Below, piece by piece: positions 9,128 through 18,808 of a stretch of 39,447 nt of DNA. Below the pieces are notes generated by a model. It was given only the letters and a program-made list of their open reading frames with translations, had not been told where the DNA came from and made no database searches. Position 1 is the first letter of the stretch. Each line of letters begins with the position of its first letter. The translations under genes and the position numbers were made by a program. The stretch comes from Candidatus Spechtbacterales bacterium (GTDB taxonomy: Bacteria; Patescibacteriota; Minisyncoccia; Spechtbacterales; 2-12-FULL-38-22). The stretch lies in contig JBBDZE010000033.1 of the NCBI GenBank assembly GCA_040900345.1, forward strand, positions 25,309 to 64,755, in the 5' to 3' direction.

Positions 9128-10324
9128 CTACAGTGAGTTTACCAGATTAAGGGCCGCTTCGCGTTGCTCATCCTCGGGGTCTTCGTCTTGCTCGACAGGA
9201 TGGGTTGGCGTAATACCCATGCCGGCTATTTGGTTGCCTTCGGGGGTTAGCCACCGCGCTACGGTAAGCTTGATACCCGTGCCGCCCGGCAGACGAAGGA
9301 ACTCCTGCACACTTCCCTTGCCAAAGCTTTTAGCACCCACTATGGCTGCTCCACGCTGTTCATGCAGGGCCCCGGCAAGAATTTCCGAGGCGGAGGCTGA
9401 ACCCTCATTTTGTACAATAACCAGCGGAAGGGACTGCAGTGAGCCTGGTCCGGCCGAGCGAAACTCCTTGCGCGTGCCATCGGCAAGCTCTTCTATCAGA
9501 ATGACATCTCCTTTCGGAATGAACCAGCCTGCCAGATTAATGGATGATTGCAGCAGCCCGCCTGGATTATTGCGCACGTCAAGAACCACACGGTCGGCGT
9601 TGCTGGAAAGAATAGCCTGGGCTATTGCGCTAAACTCTTTGTTCATATTCTCAGAAAAATGATTCACGCTTATGTATGCCACCCGTCCGTCCACGACCTC
9701 CATTTCGACGCTGGGAATTTCAATGACGTCCCGCGTGATGCGAATATCCTGCGCAGTAGAGTCTCCTCCGTGTCGCACTGTCAAAGTGATGGTGGTTCCT
9801 TGTTCACCGCGAATCTTTGTGACGGCCTCCTCCAAGGTGATGTCCTGTGTGGATGCCCCGTCAATGGCGACAATGGCATCCCCAGCTCGCACGCCCGCGC
9901 GTTGGGCCGGCGAGTCGCGCAGAGGGCTTACCACAACGAGCACGCCGTCGCGGATATCAATTTCTATGCCAACTCCCTCAAACGAGCCCTCAAGCTCCCG
10001 GAAGAACTCGTTGGCCTCTTGTTCAGTAAAAAACGTCGTGTAGGGGTCATCCAGCCCCTCAAGCATGCCGCGTATCGCCCCATAGACAAGCGCTTCGTCA
10101 TCCAGGCTGCTCCGATCAACGTGTTGGGAGTGAAGGGCATCCCACACTTTTTCCACAAGCGCGAAGTCTACGGTACCGCTGCGTGTAAAAATATCAGAGA
10201 AGCGATTGGTCCCCGCGGAATCACTCGCGTTCGTACCAAACGAGAAGCCGACAAAAAATGTTACCGCCAATGCCAAAGCGGCGATAGAAAAGCGGAGCCA
10301 TGGTTTTTGCTTAACAGGTTTCAT
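9128..10324 (-). CDS. Carboxyl-terminal processing protease (peptidase S41)
   Basis: PDZ segment GVGIEIDIRDGVLVVVSPLRDSPAQRAGVRAGDAIVAIDG, then NNPGGLL and GSASASEILAGAL catalytic-Ser region. I chose the ATG at 10324 (MKPVKQKPWLRFSIAALALAV signal/anchor), 4 nt after the upstream stop. Confidence 0.9.
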   Translation of the reverse strand: MKPVKQKPWLRFSIAALALAVTFFVGFSFGTNASDSAGTNRFSDIFTRSGTVDFALVEKVWDALHSQHVDRSSLDDEALVYGAIRGMLEGLDDPYTTFFTEQEANEFFRELEGSFEGVGIEIDIRDGVLVVVSPLRDSPAQRAGVRAGDAIVAIDGASTQDITLEEAVTKIRGEQGTTITLTVRHGGDSTAQDIRITRDVIEIPSVEMEVVDGRVAYISVNHFSENMNKEFSAIAQAILSSNADRVVLDVRNNPGGLLQSSINLAGWFIPKGDVILIEELADGTRKEFRSAGPGSLQSLPLVIVQNEGSASASEILAGALHEQRGAAIVGAKSFGKGSVQEFLRLPGGTGIKLTVARWLTPEGNQIAGMGITPTHPVEQDEDPEDEQREAALNLVNSL

Positions 10325-10328
10325 TGGG

Positions 10329-11498
10329 TTAGTCGCGGAGCATTGAAGCCATAATCGCTCGTATTTGGCTAAAATCGCCGGCACGCGGTAGCAGCACGTA
10401 TCGGCCATCGTCCTGAGCAGCGCGCAACAGCCCCCCCTCTGAGTCATCGAGCACAAGGGTTTCTACGGGAGTAGATTGATAATCCTGCGCCATGGAAATT
10501 AGGCTGCGAATGTCATTGAGGCCGGCATCGGTCCGGACGTTGCGCCCGAGGATATCCATCACTTCAAAAGCTTTTACCGGGTTGGCTAAAATGCCCAAGG
10601 ACAGCGCCTTGCGCTTTACACCATCCAGCACCTGCTGCTGGCGGTACATACGGTCAAAGTCCGATGTGGTATAGCGGGAGCGAATGTAGTAGAGGGCGTC
10701 TTCGCCGCCCAAGGTATGGGTGCCGGCTGGGATATGGAAGACCCAGTATTCTTGGGGTGGATTTGTTATCGTTTTTGGCTCGCTTTCAGCGGTGGGCTGG
10801 TCGGGTTCGTCCTCGGAATCTACGCCCTCGGCGGGTGCGGGTTCGGTCGTGGCTGGAACGGTCTTCTTGACCCAATATCTAGAACCCGTGGTCTCGCCAC
10901 GCCACTGCTGGCTTTCGGTAAATGCGCTGTCGCGCGTTATCGCCACGCCCCCGAGGGTATCGACTAGCCGCTCAAATCCCGCGAAGTTTACAACAATTGC
11001 ATGGTCCACGTAGACTCCTGTCACGTATTTTACCACCTCTTTTGAAAGCGATAGCCCGCCGCCGCCTGGCTTTCGCTGCTCACCGAGCGCGTAGGCAAAG
11101 TTTATTTTTTCAGGCCGGTCGTGATCGGGCATTTTTACCAGCAAATCACGCGGAATGGAAACCATACTGGCTTGCTTTGTTCGCGTATTAAAACTGGCCA
11201 GCACGAGGGTGTCGGCCAAAAGCCCGCCGTTGTCGTCGCCGGAGCCGCGAATGCCCAAGAGCAGCACGTCGATGCGATCCTCTTCTTTTTCAACCGAAAA
11301 ATCATCGTACCTTCCGGCGTCCACGTCAGCCCCGGTAATCATCAGCACATGGGCGGATTGGTAGACGAACACTGCTCCGCCCACGAGAAGCGGGAGAGCC
11401 AAAACAAGCGCCAGTACTCGGCGCTTTTGCCACCATTTTTTAGGGCGCGGTTGCAGCTGCTGCTGCCGGTAGTTATAGGGAGAAACAGTAGAATCCAT
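10329..11498 (-). CDS. LytR-CpsA-Psr (LCP) family cell-envelope glycopolymer transferase
   Basis: N-terminal TM helix. LCP core DRIDVLLLGIRGSGDDNGGLLADTLVLASFNTRTKQASMVSIPRDL. I chose the ATG at 11498, which avoids overlap with the upstream GT2. Confidence 0.85.
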   Translation of the reverse strand: MDSTVSPYNYRQQQLQPRPKKWWQKRRVLALVLALPLLVGGAVFVYQSAHVLMITGADVDAGRYDDFSVEKEEDRIDVLLLGIRGSGDDNGGLLADTLVLASFNTRTKQASMVSIPRDLLVKMPDHDRPEKINFAYALGEQRKPGGGGLSLSKEVVKYVTGVYVDHAIVVNFAGFERLVDTLGGVAITRDSAFTESQQWRGETTGSRYWVKKTVPATTEPAPAEGVDSEDEPDQPTAESEPKTITNPPQEYWVFHIPAGTHTLGGEDALYYIRSRYTTSDFDRMYRQQQVLDGVKRKALSLGILANPVKAFEVMDILGRNVRTDAGLNDIRSLISMAQDYQSTPVETLVLDDSEGGLLRAAQDDGRYVLLPRAGDFSQIRAIMASMLRD

Positions 11499-11505
11499 AG
11501 TATTG

Positions 11506-12537
11506 CTACGAGCGAAACCATTGGCGCATGTCACGAGCTGAAACCCGGCATTGCTTCATGATACGACGACGCTTACGCATCATCAGGGGCACCATGTGCA
11601 CAATGCCTACATACCCACGCAGTGAGCTGCGCTCCCACAGTATGACATAGGCCAGCAACTGCGCCTCGCGCATGATAATCCACGGCAAGCACAGTAGTAT
11701 ATTAACGAAGAAATCGTTTTTAATAAAGGTAAGCCGTTGGTTACGCAAATCGAGCATTCGTTTGAACGCCGGGACCGTTTTGCGCTGCTCAATGAATCCG
11801 CGTCGGCCGGCGGATAAGGCGTGTGTGGTCTGCCGATCGTGCCACGCGACCGCCGCCGGCGCGTACCACATGCTCCAGCCCAATAACCGCAAACGCCATC
11901 CCAAATCGACCTCATCGGCATACCAAACGAAGTCTTCATCGAGATACTCATAAGGAAACTTCCTATCTCGTACTCTTTTCTCCATCCGCGCCTCTTCAAG
12001 CGCGGCTCGGCAAAATACCGGCACCGCTCCCTCGTAACAAAAAATCTCTTCGGCCCTGTCATACTGGCCAATATCTTCTTCTCCGTGGCCGCGGTTGATT
12101 ACGCGCCGCGATTTGAAAATATCCATACCAGCCGTATCAATGACCTTGGTTTTGGTGTCCGTGGCAAGCTCATAGCGCAGTACTTTGGGTTGCAGCACGG
12201 CGGCTTCGGGATGGGCCTCTAGGGCAGCAACCGCCCGTTCAATAAAGTCTGGGGCAAGCATAACGTCCACGGAAAGCTGCACGACGTAAGGTGATTCGCT
12301 GTAAGACAAACTGCGATTGAACCCTCCACCCGTAAAATAGTTTTGGGGGAAATTCACAACCTCAACAGCCGGCCACATGTTACGGGCAATTTCAATCGTA
12401 GCGTCCACCGAGGCGTTATTAAAGACGCGAAATATCACGTTCTCATACGTTTGGACCCGCACATGCTCAAGACACTTCCCAATATATTGTTCGCCATTAT
12501 AGACGATTAAATGGATTGAAACTTCTGGCCGCGTCAT
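11506..12537 (-). CDS. Glycosyltransferase family 2
   Basis: VSIHLIVYNGEQYIGKCLEHVRVQTYENV...NNASVD is a GT-A N-terminal signature. ATGA overlap with the upstream gene. Confidence 0.85.
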   Translation of the reverse strand: MTRPEVSIHLIVYNGEQYIGKCLEHVRVQTYENVIFRVFNNASVDATIEIARNMWPAVEVVNFPQNYFTGGGFNRSLSYSESPYVVQLSVDVMLAPDFIERAVAALEAHPEAAVLQPKVLRYELATDTKTKVIDTAGMDIFKSRRVINRGHGEEDIGQYDRAEEIFCYEGAVPVFCRAALEEARMEKRVRDRKFPYEYLDEDFVWYADEVDLGWRLRLLGWSMWYAPAAVAWHDRQTTHALSAGRRGFIEQRKTVPAFKRMLDLRNQRLTFIKNDFFVNILLCLPWIIMREAQLLAYVILWERSSLRGYVGIVHMVPLMMRKRRRIMKQCRVSARDMRQWFRS

Positions 12538-14132
12538 ACCGAGGTTCGTTTAAAATCATGTTGGTGCAGCCCGGCGAACGTGCCCAGCACGAGCATAAAA
12601 GCCAGCAAGGCGCGTTCATCAAAGAGTGCCGCGTCCGTCATGCTGTAGCCGGCAATCCATGCCAAAGAAAACAGGGCGGTGGCCGCATAGAGGGCGTAGA
12701 GTGAGCGCCCATTGCGCCGCATAATTACTATTGCGCTCCGCACCACCCCACCCGCAATGCCGAGAAACGCAATAAATCCAACAAGGCCGACGGTGCTGGC
12801 AATGTGCAGATACAAGTTGTGTGCGCTTGCGCCCATGCGCGAAGCGGAAATGCTCTCACTGAGGACAATGGGATAGTTGCCAATGCCCACACCCCACACG
12901 GGCGTACGTTCAATGGATTCTATGGTAGTGCGCCAAATGTACACTCGCCCCTGGTTGGACGTCTCTGAAAAATCAATCAGCGAACGGATGCGTGAAAACC
13001 CCGCGTTGGAAGCTGCATCGGTCTCCTGAAACTGTGGAAAGGTTACAACCGCTTGATAGACTGGAAACATCAAAACAAAAAGGAGCGCCACCAAGGAAAG
13101 AAGTCCTGCCAAGCGATGCGCACGGCCCCAAAAGGCAATCAGCGGCAGCGCACACAGGGCCGCGACAACGCTTATCCATATCCCGCGTGTACCCGTCAGT
13201 ATGAGCGCCAGCAACATCACGGCAAGGCCGGCCGTGGCTAAGCCGACCCGCCAGTGCAAAAGAAGTGTTCGTACCGGCATGCGTCGCGGAGCCTCCACGA
13301 ACTGCCGCAAGCGCGGCATAGCTACGGCTCCCGCCACCAAAAGCGCCGGGAGAGCCATGAGCACATACATAGGAAAGGAATGGGAGTCTGGAAAGAGCGA
13401 GAACATGCGAAGGCGCAACGTGTCGCCCGAGTAGCTAAACCACGTATTACCAAAATCGAGCACGATATTGGCCCACTCTTGCCCGTACAAATTACGGCTC
13501 ACAATACTCCCCCACCAGTGGTGAAAACGCCACGCTGGAACAAAGTAGGCGGCCAAAAACTGGATGAATCCAAAGATTACAACCACCGCAGCTGAAAAGG
13601 CAAAATTTTTGGAAAGCGAAATAAGGTATGAGCGTCGCTCGGCAATGAGCCATCGCACGACAATAAACAAAAGTGCGGCGTTGCCTAAGTATATCAATCG
13701 CTTTATCCCGGCTGTCGTATCGGGAGCGACATAGAGCGATAGTGCGGCAATAATGAAATACACGATGCCAAATGTTTCCATCCAGTTAGTACGCATCCAA
13801 TGGAAAAGCTCGGTTCGGTTGCGCAGAGGTTTCACTATTTTGCGCCAGCGTCCTTGCGCTAGCACGAGCCGCACCGCCAAGATAATGATGAGGGCCCGCC
13901 ACATGTTGAAGTTGTCAAACGTTTCCGCAAGCGGCAAAGCGATGAAAAGCGGAATCGCCCGCACGAACAACTCCGTCCCGCGGGTCACGGGAGCTACCAG
14001 CATATAGCCGCCGTATAAGCCAAAAACGGCGAACGCAAGCACGCGCGGCAAAAAATCAAACGCGATGAGTATCGTCAGGGCGAAAGCAAGCGCAAAAACG
14101 ATGTTTTGTTGCGTAATGTAGGCTCTATTCAT
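12534..14132 (-). CDS. O-antigen ligase/polymerase-like (Wzy_C-type) polytopic membrane protein
   Basis: At least 10 hydrophobic helices. GTRGIW and SAHNLYLHIASTVGLVGF segments are typical of the O-antigen ligase family. 532 aa. Confidence 0.8.
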   Translation of the reverse strand: MNRAYITQQNIVFALAFALTILIAFDFLPRVLAFAVFGLYGGYMLVAPVTRGTELFVRAIPLFIALPLAETFDNFNMWRALIIILAVRLVLAQGRWRKIVKPLRNRTELFHWMRTNWMETFGIVYFIIAALSLYVAPDTTAGIKRLIYLGNAALLFIVVRWLIAERRSYLISLSKNFAFSAAVVVIFGFIQFLAAYFVPAWRFHHWWGSIVSRNLYGQEWANIVLDFGNTWFSYSGDTLRLRMFSLFPDSHSFPMYVLMALPALLVAGAVAMPRLRQFVEAPRRMPVRTLLLHWRVGLATAGLAVMLLALILTGTRGIWISVVAALCALPLIAFWGRAHRLAGLLSLVALLFVLMFPVYQAVVTFPQFQETDAASNAGFSRIRSLIDFSETSNQGRVYIWRTTIESIERTPVWGVGIGNYPIVLSESISASRMGASAHNLYLHIASTVGLVGFIAFLGIAGGVVRSAIVIMRRNGRSLYALYAATALFSLAWIAGYSMTDAALFDERALLAFMLVLGTFAGLHQHDFKRTSV

Positions 14133-15283
14133 ACCGGTGTTGATGCCGCCGCTTCACGCAGCACCTTGAGCGTAGTACGAGCCGTCTGCTCCCACGAAAA
14201 CCGACTCGCCTGCCGCGGGCCGCCCTCTCGTGCGCGCTGTTGGTAAGCGCTATCGGTAAGTACTTTGCGCATCGTGAGCGCAACCTCCCCAACGTCGGCG
14301 GGGTCATCTACCACGACCTGCTCACCACCGAGCGTTGTGGCAAGTGCGGTGGCATTGGGCGCTAAGACGGGCGTACCGGTTGCCAAAAACTCAAGCGGCG
14401 GCAGCCCAAAGCCTTCGTAGTCCGACAAATAGCATCCGGCCCGAGCACCGCCCATAAGCGACACAAGGTCTTTCTCGGCAATATATAGCGTCCGGAGTAT
14501 CGCCTTGCGCCCCGATTTTTTATTGACCTCTTCAGCCAGCTGATCAATATGAAGCGGCGGCTCGGTAAAGTCCTTCCCCGCAACAAGCATCTGTACCCTC
14601 GGAAACTCCCCGGCAATGCGACCAAAAGCTTGCATGGCAGTATGGACGTTCCTGCGGTTAAATATCTGTCCCACCCAGAGAAGATAGTCTCCTTCAATGC
14701 CGTAGTGGGCTTTGAGATGCGTGGCAGGGGTTTCCTGCGGAGCGAAGAATTTTTTATCCACCGCAAGCGGCGTTACCACCACCTTGTCTGTCGGTACATG
14801 GTAGAGGTCAACAATCTCCCGCTTGGAAAACTCGGAAGCCGTGAGAATGCGTTTGCTATGATGTGCGCCATAGCGGCTGAATACTGTGTACGGCATGCGG
14901 TAGCGCCAGGAGAAGCGTTCAGGGTAGCGCGCGAACATCACGTCGTGCAACACAATGACTGAGGGCCCCCGCCAAGTATGCGGCACCATATAGGTAGGAA
15001 ACCACATTACATCTACCTTGTCCCGCCACGCGGCCCAAGGGAGAAGAAATAGAAAATACAAAAAAAAGCTGCTGCGCGGCCAAATTTTAAGACAGCGTAC
15101 GCGGAACATAGGATGACGCAAAGCTTCATCCGACGGCACGTGGCGCTTGGTGTAGACGGTAATGCGCACATCATTCATCTCGCCCGAATTTCGGGCATAT
15201 TCGGCAAGAATAGATTCTAAATAGCGCCCCACTCCGGCGCGATTTCCCTCCAAATTATGACCGTCAATTCCAATATGCAGCAT
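14129..15283 (-). CDS. Glycosyltransferase family 4 (GT-B, Glycos_transf_1)
   Basis: C-terminal EGFGLPPLEFLATGTPVLA motif. 384 aa. ATGA overlap with the downstream gene. Confidence 0.88.
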   Translation of the reverse strand: MLHIGIDGHNLEGNRAGVGRYLESILAEYARNSGEMNDVRITVYTKRHVPSDEALRHPMFRVRCLKIWPRSSFFLYFLFLLPWAAWRDKVDVMWFPTYMVPHTWRGPSVIVLHDVMFARYPERFSWRYRMPYTVFSRYGAHHSKRILTASEFSKREIVDLYHVPTDKVVVTPLAVDKKFFAPQETPATHLKAHYGIEGDYLLWVGQIFNRRNVHTAMQAFGRIAGEFPRVQMLVAGKDFTEPPLHIDQLAEEVNKKSGRKAILRTLYIAEKDLVSLMGGARAGCYLSDYEGFGLPPLEFLATGTPVLAPNATALATTLGGEQVVVDDPADVGEVALTMRKVLTDSAYQQRAREGGPRQASRFSWEQTARTTLKVLREAAASTPV

Positions 15284-15293
15284 ACCTGTAGCT

Positions 15294-16250
15294 CTAGTGG
15301 GCCCCTCGTTTTCCCAGTCGTCGCCGGTAGTAATCCAAAATACCTTCGGCGATGGCCTTAGAAACGTCGCGGTTGCGTCCTAGTGCAATCTTCAGGACTT
15401 GTTTGGCAAGCGTATACAGCGACCAGAGCGGTCGATAGAACCCCATCCAGAACGGTCCGTGCTTTGTTGAAAGCAATAAAATATTGCGCGAATGATAGTA
15501 GTGCAGGCCGGGCGAGCCCAAGGCGCGCTTACTCGTGGCTGAAACCTTATGCCACACCCGCGCCCGAGGAACCCAGCGCAAGCGCTTGCCCGCCTTGCGA
15601 AATCGCAGGGAAAGATCGGTATCTTCAAAATACAAAAAGAACCGCTCGTCAAAGCCTTTTACCTTGCGAACGTCCGCGGCGCGTATCAACATGGCCGCAC
15701 CCGTAATAAAACTGACGTCTTCGGCAACCATGTCTTTCGTCAACCGCTTTTTGAAGTACGCGCAGGTATCAGTAAAACCTTTGTCCATACGTCGCCAGCT
15801 TCGGTCAGAAGTACCGCCAAACCAAATAAGGCGGGGCTGGTCATAAAACAAAATAGCAGGAGCGAGCATGCCGATATCTGGCTCCCGTTCGGCTTCCTTC
15901 ACGAGTTCATTCAAGACATTTGGGTCAACGCTCGTGTCGTTGTTTAGTACCCAGATATAGTCAGCCCGGCTATCGAGCGCGTAGCGTATGCCAGCGTTAT
16001 TGCCGCCCGCGTACCCCAGATTTTTTCCGTTTTCCAGAATGACCAGTCCGTAATCGTCGTTGGCGGCCTGAAATTTTTTAAGCTGCGCCAGTGAATCGTC
16101 TTCCGAGCCGTTATCAATGGCCACCACAGTAAAATTGGGATACGTCACGCCCCGCAACGACTGCAGACATTCAATCGTATCACCCGGGTTATTCCAGTTC
16201 AAAACCAGTACCGAAACGCGCGGATACCGGAAAGATTTCGTAGCGGTCAT
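15294..16250 (-). CDS. Glycosyltransferase family 2 (rhamnosyltransferase-like)
   Basis: VSVLVLNWNNPGDTIECLQSL...VVAIDNGSEDDS...NLGYAGGNN. I chose the ATG at 16250; the track start at 16286 is a TTG. Confidence 0.85.
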   Translation of the reverse strand: MTATKSFRYPRVSVLVLNWNNPGDTIECLQSLRGVTYPNFTVVAIDNGSEDDSLAQLKKFQAANDDYGLVILENGKNLGYAGGNNAGIRYALDSRADYIWVLNNDTSVDPNVLNELVKEAEREPDIGMLAPAILFYDQPRLIWFGGTSDRSWRRMDKGFTDTCAYFKKRLTKDMVAEDVSFITGAAMLIRAADVRKVKGFDERFFLYFEDTDLSLRFRKAGKRLRWVPRARVWHKVSATSKRALGSPGLHYYHSRNILLLSTKHGPFWMGFYRPLWSLYTLAKQVLKIALGRNRDVSKAIAEGILDYYRRRLGKRGAH

Positions 16251-16292
16251 AATCAATAGGATAGCAAACAAAGCCCCAGCCTTCAAGCAACT

Positions 16293-16324
16293 AAAAACCC
16301 CGCGGGTGCACCATCGGGGTTTTT
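16293..16324 (-). terminator. Intrinsic terminator after the 123-aa membrane protein gene
   Basis: aaaaaccccg (16293-16302), 12-nt loop, cggggttttt (16315-16324). Begins 20 nt past the stop at 16344. Confidence 0.7.
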
Positions 16325-16343
16325 AGTACGGTTCTGGCGCGCT

Positions 16344-16715
16344 CTATACGGTACCGCCAGTTCTGGGCTCTTCCTCCTCACGTTGTCCTGAACCAGTCGA
16401 AGGGCCGGCTTCATCCATACCGGGCATCTCTGGACTTTCAGGCGTAGGTATAGAGGGTGCTGGAGGCTCGCTGGGATAGGACGGCTCGGCTGGTACCTCC
16501 GGGGTGTCAGGGGTCATAGTGGGAGCGACTGACTCTCCCATGCCCATACTGCCGCCCGACGCGTTGGTGCTGTCCTCCATGCCAACACCTTCATCCGCCG
16601 AGGTCATCGTCGGGGCATCATTTGCGCCGCCCTTGGTGCGCATAAAGAAATACCAGTACCCGCCGACTGCAACCAGCAGGACGGCCGCCAAAAGCGCGAT
16701 AGTCGTTGTGTCCAT
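16344..16715 (-). CDS. Small N-terminally anchored protein with low-complexity Pro/Met/Gly/Glu-rich tail
   Basis: TM helix IALLAAVLLVAVGGYWYFF followed by a disordered tail (PTMTPDTPEVPAEPSYPSEPPAPSIPTPESPEMPGM). Confidence 0.6.
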   Translation of the reverse strand: MDTTTIALLAAVLLVAVGGYWYFFMRTKGGANDAPTMTSADEGVGMEDSTNASGGSMGMGESVAPTMTPDTPEVPAEPSYPSEPPAPSIPTPESPEMPGMDEAGPSTGSGQREEEEPRTGGTV

Positions 16716-16837
16716 ACAAAAAGAATTTCTGTTAATACTAATATCATGTGATCTACTCGCCTACAGCCATTCTAACAAAAAGATTAATAAAAAAGAAACC
16801 CCTTTTCCACACGGCTCATTTCTTCCCTTCTCGTTCA

Positions 16838-16866
16838 TTGTATCGGCCCATGGTATTGGCTAGAAT
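16838..16866 (+). promoter_or_regulatory. Sigma70-like promoter upstream of priA
   Basis: TTGTAT (16838-16843), 17-nt spacer, TAGAAT (16861-16866). The -10 element ends 12 nt before the ATG, so the leader would be very short. Confidence 0.4.
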
Positions 16867-16878
16867 ACTTCTACCACC

Positions 16879-18777
16879 ATGTATCTGTATTCGGTCATAC
16901 CGCTCACGAAGATTCCCCGCCCCCAAGTGCAAATGCCGCTCTACTTCAGCACGCGGCAACTCGAAGCCGGCTGTTTCGTGGAGGTTCCGCTAGGCCGGCG
17001 CCGCGTTGCGGCGTTCATCTATCAAAGCTTTCCTGCCCAAGAGCATCGCCAGCAACTGCGCGCCGCATCGTACGCTTTGAAGAATATTTCCCGCGTACTG
17101 GTCGTGCGCCCGGTCCTTCATCCGGCATTCCTCAACCTTGTCCGCGAACTCGCCGACCACTACTACGAGCCAGTCGGCCTTATGCTGCGACGGCTATTAC
17201 CGCCCTTCTTTGCCAAGCCCACCAGACCACTCTTGGCCATGCTCGAAACACTCGGCGTGTTGTTTGAACCCGCCCCCGCCCAGCGCCAAAAGGCATCGGC
17301 AGTCTTTGGACCCAAGCGCTTCACCCAACTACAGCGCCTTCTCAAGACCCCCGCCCTTGTTCTCGCGGCGGAGCACTCCCAGGCATCCCGCCTATCCGAA
17401 GACCTTTTGACCACTCATAGCGCCGTAGCAACTCCTTCCCTTTCAGTAACAAAGTGGCGCGAACTCTGGGAGCATGCGCATTCAGGCAAGCTGGATGTCC
17501 TCATCGGCGCGCGAACAGCGCTCATTACGCCATTTGCTTCCCTCAACACCGTGCTGCTTGAGGATGAACCGAATGACGCCCACAAATCATGGGACCTGCA
17601 CCCGAAGTTCGATGTGCGCCTCGTTGCCGAACGCTTCGCAGAGCACATGGGCGCTACCTTTGTTGCCGGAGGGCTCCTCCCTTCAGTGGCGGCTTTTTCG
17701 CGTTTCAAACCGACCCTTCCGTCCATTCCTGGCCCCAAACCCGTCATTGTGGATATGCGGGAAGAGTTGGCGGTGGGCAACCGCCTCATGTTGAGCCGCC
17801 CCCTCTACCACCTGCTGGAGAACGCTAAACCCGACCAAAAGGTCCTATTGCTCATCAACCGACGAGGCTTTTCTTCAGCCCTGTTGTGCCGCGACTGCGG
17901 CAAGGTGGTGAATTGCCCCCAGTGCGAGAGTGCATTCGTCGTGCATCAACGCACGATGGTCTGCCATCGCTGCGGCACGAAGCGCCCCGTTCCTCGGGTA
18001 TGTCCGGCATGCGATAGCGCGCGCATTAAGCCCCTGGGCGGCGGGACGCAGCGCGTTGCAGAAGAGGTGGCCGATTGCGCCCCGAACCTTGTCGTTGCTC
18101 GGCTCGACAGCGACATCGCCCCCACCCGCGAAGAGCAAGAGCACATTCTGGCGGATTTTCGCGAAGGCGATACAAACGTCCTGGTGGCGACCGCCCTTGC
18201 CCTGAAGGAACATGCGCTCCCCACGCTGGATACCTCGGCCATTATTATGCTCGATACTGTCCTCACCTTGCCGGCGTATCGCTCGGGCGAGCGTGTCTTT
18301 TCAATGGTCGCCTTCTTGCGCCTCTTCACGAAGAGCAACCTCTTTGTGCAAACCTACCACCCGCAACTGCCCCTGTTTGCCCTGGCCCAGGCCAGCGATG
18401 CCACGCCTTTTTACGAGAAAGAGCTTGCCAAGCGCAAGGCACTGAGATGGCCGCCGTTCGTGCAACTCGTTAAGCTCACCTATAGCCACCGAGACGCCGA
18501 ATATGCCGAACGCGAAGCCGTGGCCCTGAAGCGCAAACTTGAAGCCCAAACCGCCCGCCTCGCTCGAAGCTCAAAGCTCGAAACTCAAAGCTTTTCAGTT
18601 CTCGGCCCGGCTCCGGGCTTTATCCCCCGTGTCGCCGGTAAGAACATCTGGTATATCCTCGTAAAATGGCCCCTGAATAAAGATGGCTCGGTGCGCAATC
18701 TCCAACTGCGTAACCACCTGCTCTCCGTCGTGCCGCCCGGCTGGGATGTAGACGTAGACCCCTTGGATGTGGTTTAA
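16879..18777 (+). CDS. priA: Primosomal protein N' (PriA)-like, with apparently degenerate helicase motifs
   Basis: PriA-specific Cys-rich zinc region CRDCGKVVNCPQCESAFVVHQRTMVCHRCG...VCPACDS followed by IKPLGGGTQRVAEEV. Overall PriA architecture, 632 aa. No GxGKT Walker A is visible. Confidence 0.8.
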   Translation: MYLYSVIPLTKIPRPQVQMPLYFSTRQLEAGCFVEVPLGRRRVAAFIYQSFPAQEHRQQLRAASYALKNISRVLVVRPVLHPAFLNLVRELADHYYEPVGLMLRRLLPPFFAKPTRPLLAMLETLGVLFEPAPAQRQKASAVFGPKRFTQLQRLLKTPALVLAAEHSQASRLSEDLLTTHSAVATPSLSVTKWRELWEHAHSGKLDVLIGARTALITPFASLNTVLLEDEPNDAHKSWDLHPKFDVRLVAERFAEHMGATFVAGGLLPSVAAFSRFKPTLPSIPGPKPVIVDMREELAVGNRLMLSRPLYHLLENAKPDQKVLLLINRRGFSSALLCRDCGKVVNCPQCESAFVVHQRTMVCHRCGTKRPVPRVCPACDSARIKPLGGGTQRVAEEVADCAPNLVVARLDSDIAPTREEQEHILADFREGDTNVLVATALALKEHALPTLDTSAIIMLDTVLTLPAYRSGERVFSMVAFLRLFTKSNLFVQTYHPQLPLFALAQASDATPFYEKELAKRKALRWPPFVQLVKLTYSHRDAEYAEREAVALKRKLEAQTARLARSSKLETQSFSVLGPAPGFIPRVAGKNIWYILVKWPLNKDGSVRNLQLRNHLLSVVPPGWDVDVDPLDVV

Positions 18778-18808
18778 TAGCTGCTTCTTGGGTACAATAG
18801 TTATATCT

